DNA of 46,152 bases from Candidatus Caldarchaeum sp. GTDB lineage: Archaea; Thermoproteota; Nitrososphaeria_A; Caldarchaeales; Caldarchaeaceae. The notes beneath the pieces are model-generated. The model was not told where the DNA came from. It ran no database searches and saw nothing but the letters and a program-made list of their open reading frames with translations. The position numbers and the translations under genes are program-made. Below are positions 1 through 9,268 of the stretch, one piece after another (the first letter of the stretch is position 1; each line of letters starts with the position of its first letter). The stretch lies in NCBI GenBank assembly GCA_025054515.1, contig JANWZT010000001.1:1-46152 (forward strand). Direction: 5' to 3'.

Positions 1-1009
1 GGATGTGTTGTTCGCCGCTGAATTCGGGGCGGTAGAACTCCGACAGCTTAACCGACGGAGTGTTGGCGAGCTGTTTCAAAATGTCGAGCACCTGTCTTAG
101 GAAATCCAAGTAATGGCTCCAGCCGATCTCTGAGTCGAACCCGCCCATCGGCCCCAGCCACCTTTTCTTGGTCTCGAGGTCTTCATGAAACCACCACGGC
201 GAAGCGCTTCTCACCGTGTCGCCGATGGGAAACAACCCAAACAGCCGGTACATTTCGACTGCCGCGGGCGAAAGCTGCTCCGTAATCCACGGAGGGTTGT
301 TGAGATATTCGTCGCTTTTCCAGTAGTTTGGAGCCTCCTTCTCGATCCATTCGTCGATAAGCGGATAGGCGTTCCGGCCCTTGTAGAGGAATTCTTTGAG
401 CCAGATGTTGTGGTTGAACCCGGCCATCACAGCACGAACATCTTTCTCATCCATTTTCAAGGCCCTGGTCAATTCCTTGAGAGCGAGATGGCCGTGACAT
501 ATCCCAACCACCTTCACCTCTGTTTCCCTGTAAATCAGGTTCGTTCCTTCGAAGACTGGGTTCGCGGCCTGAAGAAGCCACGCATCGGCGCAGTACCGCT
601 CCATGTCGCGCGCCAATTCGAGGAAGAACTTCAGCTGGTAGTAAGCACCCACTCCGCCGTAGTAGTCGCAGACCCTTTCGCCGACACCCCGGTAGTAGCC
701 GTGTTTTTCCGCAATTTTTCTTTCCTCTTCCATCGGGTCGTAGCCGCCGACCTTCACCGTGTTGACGACGAATTCAGCGTTTTCGAGAGCTTCCCGCCGG
801 TCCATCGTCTTCCGAAACTCAATATCCGCTTTCATCTCATCCGAATACCGCGTGGCCAGCCGATGCATCGTCTCCAAACGCTCCCGGTCAATATCCATCA
901 AATAGACAACGCTGCCGTGCAACCCTTCGGTAAGACACAAATCAACCACAAGCCTTCCGGTAAAAACAACGCTTCCGGCCCCGATAACCGAAATGACGGT
1001 GGGCCTCAC
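1..1009 (-). CDS. Glycoside hydrolase family 4 (NAD-dependent alpha-glucosidase / 6-phospho-glucosidase type); C-terminus lies beyond the window
   Basis: Own translation of the minus strand from GTG at 1009: VRPTVISVIGAGSVVFTGRLVVDL...FVVNTVKVGGY...VKVVGICHGH...PWWFHED. It has the N-terminal IGAGS Rossmann start and the GICH segment typical of GH4. The frame is open to position 1, and it is absent from the ORF track because it has no stop inside the window. Confidence 0.8.
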   Translation of the reverse strand, partial: MRPTVISVIGAGSVVFTGRLVVDLCLTEGLHGSVVYLMDIDRERLETMHRLATRYSDEMKADIEFRKTMDRREALENAEFVVNTVKVGGYDPMEEERKIAEKHGYYRGVGERVCDYYGGVGAYYQLKFFLELARDMERYCADAWLLQAANPVFEGTNLIYRETEVKVVGICHGHLALKELTRALKMDEKDVRAVMAGFNHNIWLKEFLYKGRNAYPLIDEWIEKEAPNYWKSDEYLNNPPWITEQLSPAAVEMYRLFGLFPIGDTVRSASPWWFHEDLETKKRWLGPMGGFDSEIGWSHYLDFLRQVLDILKQLANTPSVKLSEFYRPEFSGEQHI

Positions 1010-1044
1010 AACATATAATCTGGCCACTCCGTTATAAGATTTCG

Positions 1045-1392
1045 ATGACGTACGGCGAGCCGTTGTTTGAGGAAAAGATGTTCTTTTTCCCCCGATATCG
1101 TGTGGCTGTTTACTGGGATTCGCTGGTCGTTTCCCACTGGCCTTATCAATTTGTGATCCCGCTTTCGGATGTTGTCGACGTGAAAGTCGTGGAGAAAATT
1201 CCCTGGTATGTCGGATATGGTTTCGAGGCCTTGCCCTTCGGCAGGGTTGTCTATTTCCGGTTTCGGCCCGGCCACTGGGTAGAGGTCGAGAAAAGCTCCG
1301 GCTTCTGGAGAAAACTCGTCCTCACCGTTAAAGACGTTGACAGATTTCTTGAAATAATCAACAGGCAACGGCCTTTCCGCCAAAGGTTTTGA
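1045..1392 (+). CDS. Hypothetical small beta-rich protein, unknown function
   Basis: A 115-aa ORF with protein-like composition (VVSHWPYQFVIPLSDVVDVKVVEKIPWYVGYGFE...WVEVEKSSGFWRKLVLTVKDVDRFLEII). It competes with the antisense ORF 1006..1383, so the strand choice is uncertain. Confidence 0.45.
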   Translation: MTYGEPLFEEKMFFFPRYRVAVYWDSLVVSHWPYQFVIPLSDVVDVKVVEKIPWYVGYGFEALPFGRVVYFRFRPGHWVEVEKSSGFWRKLVLTVKDVDRFLEIINRQRPFRQRF

Positions 1393-1404
1393 CCGAACAA
1401 AAAA

Positions 1405-1848
1405 TTAAATTGGTTTGGCTTTCTGTTCCCTCATGAACTCTTCGTAGACTTTCCGGACTCTGTCGGCGGCGGGGCCTTCTCCGAAAACCCCGTCCCGCGT
1501 AACCCTTACACGGTCCATTACGACGATTGTGTCGGATTCTTTGTGGTAGACGACGAGGTTGGGGAACAGTCTGTTCAGCCTGTCGGCGAGGGCTGAAATG
1601 TCTGGCCCGGTTTCGAGAACCTCTATGCGGGCGATGCTGTGTCCGGCGATGAAAAGCTTGGCGAAGGATGTTCCCGATGCTTCTTTGACGTCGGCGAGCC
1701 AGAGGCTGTAATCGCCGGGGTTGTAGGCCAGGACACGACCCGTGTAAACACCCGAAGAAGCAACGACCTTGACATTCCGGTCGATGATGGATGCAAATTC
1801 ATCGCTAAACCGTTTCGACGCCACCGCTGAACTCAAGAACCTTCGCAT
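1405..1848 (-). CDS. Sm-like (LSm) RNA-binding protein with C-terminal extension
   Basis: Sm1/Sm2-like pattern: VKVVASSGVYTGRVLAYNPGDYSLWLADV...KLFIAGHSIARIEV, followed by an extra domain of about 70 aa. Confidence 0.6.
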   Translation of the reverse strand: MRRFLSSAVASKRFSDEFASIIDRNVKVVASSGVYTGRVLAYNPGDYSLWLADVKEASGTSFAKLFIAGHSIARIEVLETGPDISALADRLNRLFPNLVVYHKESDTIVVMDRVRVTRDGVFGEGPAADRVRKVYEEFMREQKAKPI

Positions 1849-1926
1849 CTAATTCATCACACCTGTTTTTAAGACTGCCGCCAACCCGTCGGCCGACAGC
1901 GACGGAGCCGCCGACGCCCTGCTTAT

Positions 1927-2349
1927 ATGCTGCGCGTGGGCCCGAGACACGGGATGGGTAGCCGGAGCGACGTCGATGTTCTGAGAAGAAGGGCCGTTGA
2001 CTTTCTCGAACTGGCTGAAAACTCCCGCCAAGAAGGGAAACACGATGTCGCGTGTTTTCTCGCCGAACAAGCGGCCCAACTCTACCTCAAGTCAGTCCTA
2101 CTCAAAACGGTCGGCGAATACGGCAGAACCCACAGCATCAGACAGCTACTGAAACAGCTAGCAGAGGCCACCCGCTCGGAAAAACTCCGAGATTTTTCCG
2201 AAAAATGGAACACCGTTCTATCGGGCCTCGAAGACGCCTACATCATGTCCAGATACACGGCGAAACAGTACGACGAAAGAGATGCGGCTGAATACGTTAA
2301 AGTCGTGCGGTTGTTGTTTAATGCCGTGGAAGAGGCTGCTGGAGTTTGA
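1927..2349 (+). CDS. HEPN domain protein (HEPN-MNT module 1)
   Basis: FLAEQAAQLYLKSVLL...GRTHSIRQLL...DAYIMSRYT is a typical HEPN (PF05168-like) helix pattern. The true start is probably the internal ATG near 1954 (MGSRSDVDVL...). It is followed by an MNT gene with a 4-nt overlap. Confidence 0.8.
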   Translation: MLRVGPRHGMGSRSDVDVLRRRAVDFLELAENSRQEGKHDVACFLAEQAAQLYLKSVLLKTVGEYGRTHSIRQLLKQLAEATRSEKLRDFSEKWNTVLSGLEDAYIMSRYTAKQYDERDAAEYVKVVRLLFNAVEEAAGV

Positions 2350-2687
2350 CGTTCTTCGATACGGCGTTGAAACGGGCTGAGATGGTTAGGAACTGGAGAA
2401 AGCACGCTGAATCGATTGCGGCCGCCGCTAAGGAACTGTTGTCGAAGGTGGATGTTTACGTGTTCGGCAGCGTAGCACGGGGGGAGCATGTGGCGGCCAG
2501 CGACGTCGACATGCTCATCATCTCCGATGAAATTCCCGAAACCATGCTGGAAAGAGCCGCTTTGAAGGTCGAGCTGGAAAAGAAAGCAGGCCTTCCCTAC
2601 TACCATCCATTCGAACTTCATCTCGTCAGGCCCGACGAAGCAGAACCCTACCTGAGAAGAGCCGGCGAACATCTAATCAGGCTTTAG
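2346..2687 (+). CDS. Minimal nucleotidyltransferase (MNT, Pol-beta superfamily), partner of HEPN
   Basis: Carries the GSVARGEHVAASDVDMLII motif (GS-x9-11-D-x-D). The TTG start at 2346 overlaps the HEPN stop (TTGA). An alternative start is the ATG at 2382. Confidence 0.85.
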   Translation: MTFFDTALKRAEMVRNWRKHAESIAAAAKELLSKVDVYVFGSVARGEHVAASDVDMLIISDEIPETMLERAALKVELEKKAGLPYYHPFELHLVRPDEAEPYLRRAGEHLIRL

Positions 2688-2863
2688 CGAAGGCCTCGAC
2701 GGAGGAGTTATCGGCGAACATAAGTTTATAAATGGTCCATGAAATCGATTCCGCGATGAACATATCCCAGCGAACGGAGACGTCTTCCTATAGGCGTGCA
2801 GGGCCTTTCCGAATTTGTGGTATATTGTTTTGGCGCTGGTGGTAGCGTCGCCGCGTTTTTCCG

Positions 2864-4036
2864 GTGTTGGAGGTGGTTTCGTTGAGTAGTGGAGAAAGTT
2901 TCAGGGTGACGCCGTGGGAGGTGGAGGGCGCGGTTGACTACAGCCGGCTGGTTCAGGAATTTGGGACGGAGCTGATTTCGGATGAGTTGATGAAGCGGTT
3001 GGAGGCGGCGGCGGGTGGTTCAAACCATATGCTCCGGCGGCGGATTTTCTTCTCGCATCGAGACCTCGGCCTTGTTCTCGACGACCACGAATCCGGAAAG
3101 GGCTTCTTCCTCTACACCGGCAGAGGCCCCAGCGGCCCGATGCATGTCGGCCACATCATCCCCTTCTACTTCACCAAATGGCTTCAGGACAGGTTCGGTG
3201 TCAACCTCTACATCCAGCTGACCGACGACGAAAAATTCCTCGAAGAAACAAGGAACCTAACCCTCGAAGACACGGCCCACTGGTCCTACGACAACATCCT
3301 CAACATCATCGCCGTCGGATTCGACCCCGACAAGACATTCATCTTCCGCAACACAGAATTCATGGCACGAATGTACCGCACCGCCCTCAAAGTCGCGCGG
3401 AAAATCAACTTCAGCTGGGTGAGGGCCGTTTTCGGGTTCAACGAACAGACCAACATCGGAATGGTTTTCTTCCCTGCGATACAGATAGTTCCCACGTTGT
3501 TTGAAAAGAGACGGTGTTTGATTCCGGCGGCGATCGACCAAGACCCTTACTGGAGGATTCAGCGGGACATCGCCGAAGGCCTTGGGTTCTACAAGACTGC
3601 GGCGATTCACAGCAGGTTTCTGATGCCTTTGACGGGGCCGGCGGGGAAGATGAGCGCCTCCCAGCCCGAATCAGCGGTCTTCCTCACCGACGACGACAAA
3701 ACAGTCCGGAAAAAAATTTGGCAAGCTTTTTCAGGAGGCCAGCCAACCGTCGAACTACACCGCAAACACGGCGGAAACCCCGACGTCGACGTGGCCTTCC
3801 AGTGGCTCTACTACTTCTTCGAAGAAGACGATAACGTCGTCAACCGTCTGCGGGATGAATATGTTTCGGGCCGGCTTTTGACGGGCGAGATGAAGGAGGT
3901 GCTGATAGAGAAGGTTCAGATGTTTTTGGCGCGGTTTCGAGAAGCGAGAGAGAAGGCCGTCGACAAGGTCCGGTTGTTCACCCGCGACGGCCGGCTTGCT
4001 CAGCGGATGTGGGAAAGCTGGCCCGACTCCGAATAG
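2864..4036 (+). CDS. trpS: Tryptophan--tRNA ligase, archaeal/eukaryotic type
   Basis: FFLYTGRGPSGPMHVGHIIPF (HIGH-type motif) and KMSASQP (KMSKS-type motif), with length and layout typical of archaeal TrpRS. Confidence 0.95.
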   Translation: MLEVVSLSSGESFRVTPWEVEGAVDYSRLVQEFGTELISDELMKRLEAAAGGSNHMLRRRIFFSHRDLGLVLDDHESGKGFFLYTGRGPSGPMHVGHIIPFYFTKWLQDRFGVNLYIQLTDDEKFLEETRNLTLEDTAHWSYDNILNIIAVGFDPDKTFIFRNTEFMARMYRTALKVARKINFSWVRAVFGFNEQTNIGMVFFPAIQIVPTLFEKRRCLIPAAIDQDPYWRIQRDIAEGLGFYKTAAIHSRFLMPLTGPAGKMSASQPESAVFLTDDDKTVRKKIWQAFSGGQPTVELHRKHGGNPDVDVAFQWLYYFFEEDDNVVNRLRDEYVSGRLLTGEMKEVLIEKVQMFLARFREAREKAVDKVRLFTRDGRLAQRMWESWPDSE

Positions 4037-4037
4037 C

Positions 4038-5126
4038 CTACAGAGGGCCTTTGTAGATGGCCCGCGGCCGGAACAACCGGTTTTCCGCCTGCTGTTCGAT
4101 GACGTGCGCGGCCCATCCCGCGACACGTGAAGCGGCGAAGATGGGGGTGTAGAACTTCGGCGGAATTCCCATCAGCTTGTAGAGGGCTGCGGCGTAGAAG
4201 TCGAGGTTGGGGTAAAGATTTTTCTCCCTTTCCATCAGCCGTTCGACGTGGTCGGCGACCCTGTAGAGCCTGTCGTCGCCAACCTTGCCGCACGCCTCTT
4301 CGAGAAGCTGTTTCGCAATTTCCGCGCGGGGGTCGATTCCACGCCGGTAAACACGATGCCCAAACCCCATGATTCTTTCCTTCCTACCCAGCTTGTCGCG
4401 GACGTATTCCTCGGCACCGGAGACATCGAACTCGAAAATTTCAGTCGCCTTCTCGTTGGCCCCGCCGTGCAGAGGCCCTTTCAAAGCCGCCAACCCAGCG
4501 ACCACAGCACCATACATGTCTGCAAGGGTTGAAGCCACGACCCGCGCGGCGAAAGTCGAAGCCGCCAGCTCATGCTCCACGTAAAGGATGAACAAAGTTT
4601 CGAAGGGCTTCGACATCCATGGCTGTGTTTTTCCGTTTTTGATGAGGGTTAGGATGTTTTCGGCGTGGCTGAGCTTGTCGTCGGCGAGCTGGAACGTCTT
4701 CCTAACCGATATGTTGTCGAGGTTGCCGACAAGCAGGCCCGTTTTCGCCAGCAACCTCACGGCCTTTCTTTTGTTGGCTTCGACGGATACGTCGTCGATT
4801 TCGGGGTCGTAGGCGGAAAGGCCTGAAACACCGGTTCGAAGCAAATCCATGGGATGGATTCCAGCTGGCATGCAGGTTAAACCCGTAATAACCGCCGAAG
4901 GAATAACCCGTTCCGTGGAAAGAGATTTTGTGAATTCTTTCATCTCGTCCGCGTCGGGTAAATGTTCGTGAATCAGCAGGAAGGCGACTTCTTCATATCT
5001 TCTTTCGAGGGCCAGCTTCTCAAGGCTTTCGCCGCGGATGATGATGCGTCTGTTTTCCACGTCGATGGTGCATATCCGTGACTCGACCGCCGGAACTCCT
5101 TCGAGGCCCGGAACGAACGCAGTCAT
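4038..5126 (-). CDS. Citrate synthase family enzyme (citrate or 2-methylcitrate synthase)
   Basis: GPLHGGANE and the GFGHRVYRRGIDPR signature. It is translationally coupled (ATGA) to the upstream PrpD-family gene. Confidence 0.9.
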   Translation of the reverse strand: MTAFVPGLEGVPAVESRICTIDVENRRIIIRGESLEKLALERRYEEVAFLLIHEHLPDADEMKEFTKSLSTERVIPSAVITGLTCMPAGIHPMDLLRTGVSGLSAYDPEIDDVSVEANKRKAVRLLAKTGLLVGNLDNISVRKTFQLADDKLSHAENILTLIKNGKTQPWMSKPFETLFILYVEHELAASTFAARVVASTLADMYGAVVAGLAALKGPLHGGANEKATEIFEFDVSGAEEYVRDKLGRKERIMGFGHRVYRRGIDPRAEIAKQLLEEACGKVGDDRLYRVADHVERLMEREKNLYPNLDFYAAALYKLMGIPPKFYTPIFAASRVAGWAAHVIEQQAENRLFRPRAIYKGPL

Positions 5127-6493
5127 GGTATCGCCACCGCCTCGGTCAGCTCGGAGACCCGGTTGAGCTTTTCGAGGTTCATGGCCTTGGCGATGATTTC
5201 CTTTCTTCGCGCTTCATCGAGGCGTTTCGCCGCAAGTCGCTGGAATTTTCGTTCGATTTCTTCGTCGGTCATGGGGTTTTTGTAATGGCCCCGTGGCACA
5301 GCCTCCTCGACGGAAACTTTTTCACCGTTTTTCAGCGTAAGGATTATGCGGTTGGGAAGCTCGGCGGGATAACGGGCCGTCAGACCAGCATCCTCCACGA
5401 TTTCAACACGTTTCATAAATTCGCCCACGTCCGGGCTTGTTATTCTTCTTTTTTCGAAGCTGTCGAGCCACACGCCGCCGTCGAGAAAGGTTACGGATAC
5501 GATGTATGGTAGGCTGTGGTCGGCTGTTTCCCGCGTTGTCGGCCTCCATTTTTCCGGGTCTTTAGCGAGGATCGTGTAGGATGCTTCGAAGGTTTCGACT
5601 CGGACATTTTCGATTTCTGTGTGTGAGCCGGCTTTCTCGAGGGCTTTGAGGGCCGCGTCGACTGCGGTCATGGCGTGGTATTCGACGGGATAAAACTTGA
5701 TGTAGGTTTCGAGGATTTTACGTGGACGAACTGTTTCTCCAAGTCCTTCGATGCTGAAATTCGTTCCCGCCACCTGTTTGAAGAACCCCATCTCCCCTTC
5801 AAAAGGCTGAGAAGGCCCCGTCATCCCCGACTCGGCGAGCATACAAGCGGACACCGCGTTCCGGCAGGCGTTGGCCGCGGCGGCTCCCTTCCACATCGAA
5901 AGCTCGCCGGCACGGGTCTGCCTCATGGCCGCGTGCGGCACGACAGCGAGCGAAACCGCGTTGGCGGTTTTCTCGTAATCGAGGTTCATCAACCTGCTTA
6001 TTCCCGCGACGGCGCCTATCATCGTGAAGTTGACGTGGTCCCAGCCGCGTTTTCTCAAGGTCGCGGCGTCGCAGAGCCGGCAACCTACTTCGTATCCTAC
6101 TGCGATGGCTTCGGCGACCTCTTTCCCGCCTGCGCCATAGGCCTCCCCGATGGCGATGATGGATGGTATCATGTCGCTGGGATGAAGCGGCTCCTTCGAA
6201 AGATACGTGTCGTTGAAGTCGAGAGCCCTTACTCCGACGCCGTTGACGAATCCAGCCCAGTCGGGCGATGTCTTCAGATTCGTCCCCCAGAGAGAAGATC
6301 CATCAGCTTTGGCAACGTGTTTCGAAACAGCTTTTCTCGCCGCGACGACGGCCTCCTCATCCCAGGCACCGAAAAAACATCCAACGCTGTCGAGCACACG
6401 CCTCCGAACTTCGTGCAAAACATCTTCATCCAAAATTATGTGGCCCGATGCAAATTCTGCTATTTCCCGGGTTACGCTGTCAAACGATGTCAA
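5123..6493 (-). CDS. prpD: MmgE/PrpD family protein (2-methylcitrate dehydratase-like)
   Basis: 456 aa with a PrpD-like N-terminus (EIAEFASG...VLDSVGC..GA) and WDHVNFT... Adjacent to and co-oriented with the citrate synthase homologue. Confidence 0.85.
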   Translation of the reverse strand: MTSFDSVTREIAEFASGHIILDEDVLHEVRRRVLDSVGCFFGAWDEEAVVAARKAVSKHVAKADGSSLWGTNLKTSPDWAGFVNGVGVRALDFNDTYLSKEPLHPSDMIPSIIAIGEAYGAGGKEVAEAIAVGYEVGCRLCDAATLRKRGWDHVNFTMIGAVAGISRLMNLDYEKTANAVSLAVVPHAAMRQTRAGELSMWKGAAAANACRNAVSACMLAESGMTGPSQPFEGEMGFFKQVAGTNFSIEGLGETVRPRKILETYIKFYPVEYHAMTAVDAALKALEKAGSHTEIENVRVETFEASYTILAKDPEKWRPTTRETADHSLPYIVSVTFLDGGVWLDSFEKRRITSPDVGEFMKRVEIVEDAGLTARYPAELPNRIILTLKNGEKVSVEEAVPRGHYKNPMTDEEIERKFQRLAAKRLDEARRKEIIAKAMNLEKLNRVSELTEAVAIP

Positions 6494-6526
6494 CGAACGG
6501 TGTAAGGCCCGCAGCGGATTTAAATC

Positions 6527-7342
6527 TTATTGGGGTGGCTTCGCCAAAGTTTTCAGCAAAAGAATCATCAGCAAAATTCCGACGAAGACGATGAAACTGC
6601 CCATCAAAGTCATGAAGCTGAGGTCGGGATATCTTGTTTCGGTGACGGCGGTGACGTAGGTGACTACGTAGAACTCGGGCCTTTGCGTCGTCTGGGTTGT
6701 GGTGTAGGTTGTTTCTGAGGTGACGTAGTATGTAGTGAGATAGGTTGTTGTTTTGACGGCCGTTGAAGTTTGTGTTCTCGTGGCGGTGATTGTTTCGAGA
6801 CTGGTTTTTACGGCTGTCAACGAAAAGTTGGCGGGCGATGGCTCTGCCATGACTATGACGTAGACGGTTGAATTCCTGCCGAAAGGCATCACAGCCGAGC
6901 CGAAGACCCCCCTGCCCAAGAGCATCCAAGTGCTGATGTTGCCGTAGTCGTCGAAGGCCAGAAAAATGTTGACCACCGAATCCGACCGCCAAACAACTTC
7001 CAGACTGGAAGTCCCTTCGACGTCGAAGGGCCCCGCAGCGAGGGCGGTTCCGCCGTTCAGATACCTGTTTACCAATTCGGCTAAGGTTCGTCGTCCCGTG
7101 GTCGTTGACTGCGTTGTTTCGGTGATGTAGAGAATGGTTGCGACTGTTGTCTCAGCGGATGCGGGCCTTTCCAGCGTAGATGTCTTGATGACGACCTCCA
7201 GCTCCTCAACAGATTTCATCCGAGAAGTCTGAACCGCGACCGTCTCGTCGTAGCTCAAAACGTACGGCAGCCGCGTAAACCCCAGCCCAATCAAAATCAG
7301 CCCAAAAACGATGAGGCTGGAGACCGCCAGCTGCGCCCGCAT
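6527..7342 (-). CDS. Thr-rich protein with N- and C-terminal hydrophobic anchors, unknown function
   Basis: Has an N-terminal TM helix (LAVSSLIVFGLILIGLGF) and a C-terminal TM helix (LMGSFIVFVGILLMILLL). T/Y/V-rich stretches (TTTYLTTYYVTSETTYTTTQTTQ) flank a central globular segment. Confidence 0.6.
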   Translation of the reverse strand: MRAQLAVSSLIVFGLILIGLGFTRLPYVLSYDETVAVQTSRMKSVEELEVVIKTSTLERPASAETTVATILYITETTQSTTTGRRTLAELVNRYLNGGTALAAGPFDVEGTSSLEVVWRSDSVVNIFLAFDDYGNISTWMLLGRGVFGSAVMPFGRNSTVYVIVMAEPSPANFSLTAVKTSLETITATRTQTSTAVKTTTYLTTYYVTSETTYTTTQTTQRPEFYVVTYVTAVTETRYPDLSFMTLMGSFIVFVGILLMILLLKTLAKPPQ

Positions 7343-7436
7343 GCATCCGCAACCCCTTCAGCGGTATAAAGACATATTGAAAGACACGCGCCGTCCAAGC
7401 CGTGAACAAAAAATTCGGATTATACCGAAAACGTTT

Positions 7437-8441
7437 TCACCGGCGGGTTCTAATCTGCTCCACCGAATCGAAACCCCGCTTCAACATGATTTCCTTTAAC
7501 TCGCGGAGAATTTTCTCAACCGCGTACGGGCCTCGGTAGATCAAGGCCGTGTAGATTTGGACGGTGTTGGCACCGTTACGGAACGCTTCAAAGACATCGG
7601 AGCCGGTCGAAATACCTCCGACGGCGTGAACCTCAAACCCTTCGTCAACCAGTTCCCGCACATTCCTAACACATTCCAGCATGTACGGGAAAAGCGGCCG
7701 ACCGCTCAACCCACCCCTGCCGACAGCCACATTCGGCTCGTCGACGAGCAACGCGTTGACCGCGGTAACTCCGTCAAACCCGTTTTCGTACCAAATCTTC
7801 ACGACCCTGTTTACCGCTTCTCTGTCATTCTGCGTCGCGTAGGGAGGAGTTTTGAGGTAGGTTGGCTTGGTTTTGACGGCCGCGAGCGATGCCGCCGTGT
7901 TCCGGAAAACGGATGGCTCGAAGTAGTGGCGTAGCTGGGGCGTGTTGGGTGAGCTGATGTTGATTTCGACGGCGGCCACGTTTTTCTGGACTGCCGCGTA
8001 GCATTCAACAAGGTTTTCGGGTTTTTCATCCGCGACACTTACGACGACGGGCGTCTCTGAAGGCCTGTTTTCGTCGATGTTTTTGAGGAACTGTTCGAGG
8101 CCGGGGTTGGGAAACCCCATCGCGTTGACCAAAGCATTTTCCCGCTCCCGGCGAACGATCCGCGGCTTTGGAGAACCTTTCCTAAAATTCCGCGTCACAG
8201 ACCCGGCCACGATGTATCCGAAACCCAACTTCGCCAAATCCTTGACATGTGTGCCGTGTTTGTCGAAGCCGGCGGCGAGCCCGACGGGGTTTTTGAGACG
8301 GCCGAACTTGGTGTCGACGGTGAAACATTCTTCGGCATAGTTCATCCGGTAGGGAGAAAGGGGGAGGAGCCTGAGGCCCAGGTCGTGGGCGGTTTCGGGC
8401 GGAAGTTTCCGTAGCAACGCATAACCCAGACGCAAAAACAA
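7437..8441 (-). CDS. pyrD: Dihydroorotate dehydrogenase, class 2-like
   Basis: N-terminal LRKLPPETAHDLGLRLL, then NPVGLAAGFDK, GFGYIVAGSVT, PRIVR and VNAMGFPNPGL. This closely parallels the quinone-dependent PyrD layout. Confidence 0.9.
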   Translation of the reverse strand: MFLRLGYALLRKLPPETAHDLGLRLLPLSPYRMNYAEECFTVDTKFGRLKNPVGLAAGFDKHGTHVKDLAKLGFGYIVAGSVTRNFRKGSPKPRIVRRERENALVNAMGFPNPGLEQFLKNIDENRPSETPVVVSVADEKPENLVECYAAVQKNVAAVEINISSPNTPQLRHYFEPSVFRNTAASLAAVKTKPTYLKTPPYATQNDREAVNRVVKIWYENGFDGVTAVNALLVDEPNVAVGRGGLSGRPLFPYMLECVRNVRELVDEGFEVHAVGGISTGSDVFEAFRNGANTVQIYTALIYRGPYAVEKILRELKEIMLKRGFDSVEQIRTRR

Positions 8442-8520
8442 TTTGTCTCCGACCCGTGTCTCTCCTCACAAAATAAACCTTGCCGTCGGTAAAACTGGAC
8501 ACAGAAAAAAGGGGAAGAAA

Positions 8521-9234
8521 TTATTCGAGAGGAACCTTAACGGCCGCCGACAAAACCGCTTTCCCGGCTTTTTCCACGAAAGGCCTGAGATATTCGGCGT
8601 CAACCATCGGAGTCATTTCCGCCAAGTTGTCGCTGATAAGCAACGCCGAGCCTGTTTTCAGGTTCCGCAGCATTCCCAGCCCGAAAAGCGTCGCGCATTC
8701 CATTTCGACGGCGATGTACCCACGCCTGCTCCATTTCGCGGCAAATTCCGGGTCTTCGGCGTAGAAGGCGTCGCTCGAGAAAACAGGGCCTACATAGGTT
8801 TTCAACCCGTCGTTCTTGAACTCTTCTACGAGTGTTGAAACAACTTCGTAGCTCGGCGTGGGCGTGAGATGGGTGTCTGGAACATATTGCTGAAGCGTTC
8901 CACCGATGTACGCCGCGGCTGTCGGAATCACGACCTCACCGTTCTTCATCCCCTTCACGAAAGCACCACACGTACCGAACCGGATGATCAGCTTAGCTCC
9001 CAGCATGGCCACCTCCTCGAACACGATGGCCGATGAAGGCCCGCCGACGCCGTGGCAGATGACCGTGACGGGTTCGCCGCGGAAACTTCCGGTGTAAGCT
9101 ATGAATCCGCGGTTTTCGTTGACCAGACGCGGGCTGTCAAGCATCTTCGAAAGCTGGACAACACGGGCCGGGTCGCCGGCCGCAACCACGCGCTTCGCAA
9201 TATCACGGGTTTTCAAATGCTGTGGCTGAAGCAT
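8521..9234 (-). CDS. Nucleoside phosphorylase (hexameric NP-I family; purine or uridine phosphorylase)
   Basis: HGVGGPSSAIVFEE, RFGTCGA and VEMECATLF motifs. The start is set at ATG 9234 (MLQPQHL...) because the longer track ORF would overlap the upstream gene. Confidence 0.85.
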   Translation of the reverse strand: MLQPQHLKTRDIAKRVVAAGDPARVVQLSKMLDSPRLVNENRGFIAYTGSFRGEPVTVICHGVGGPSSAIVFEEVAMLGAKLIIRFGTCGAFVKGMKNGEVVIPTAAAYIGGTLQQYVPDTHLTPTPSYEVVSTLVEEFKNDGLKTYVGPVFSSDAFYAEDPEFAAKWSRRGYIAVEMECATLFGLGMLRNLKTGSALLISDNLAEMTPMVDAEYLRPFVEKAGKAVLSAAVKVPLE

Positions 9235-9268
9235 GCAAAAACGTTCAACCAGCGGCTCAAAAACATTT

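Noticed and set aside
185-1018. A 277-aa + strand ORF in the track.
   Set aside because: It is the antisense shadow of the GH4 glycosidase gene, whose minus-strand translation has clear family motifs. The + strand product is Arg/Pro/His-rich and not protein-like.
1006-1383. A 125-aa minus-strand ORF competing with 1045..1392 (+). Its stop overlaps the GH4 GTG start as GTGA, like real operon junctions here.
   Set aside because: Its translation is poor in hydrophobic core residues and looks like antisense sequence, whereas the + strand product looks like a folded beta-rich protein. This is not decisively excluded, so the + strand call carries low confidence.
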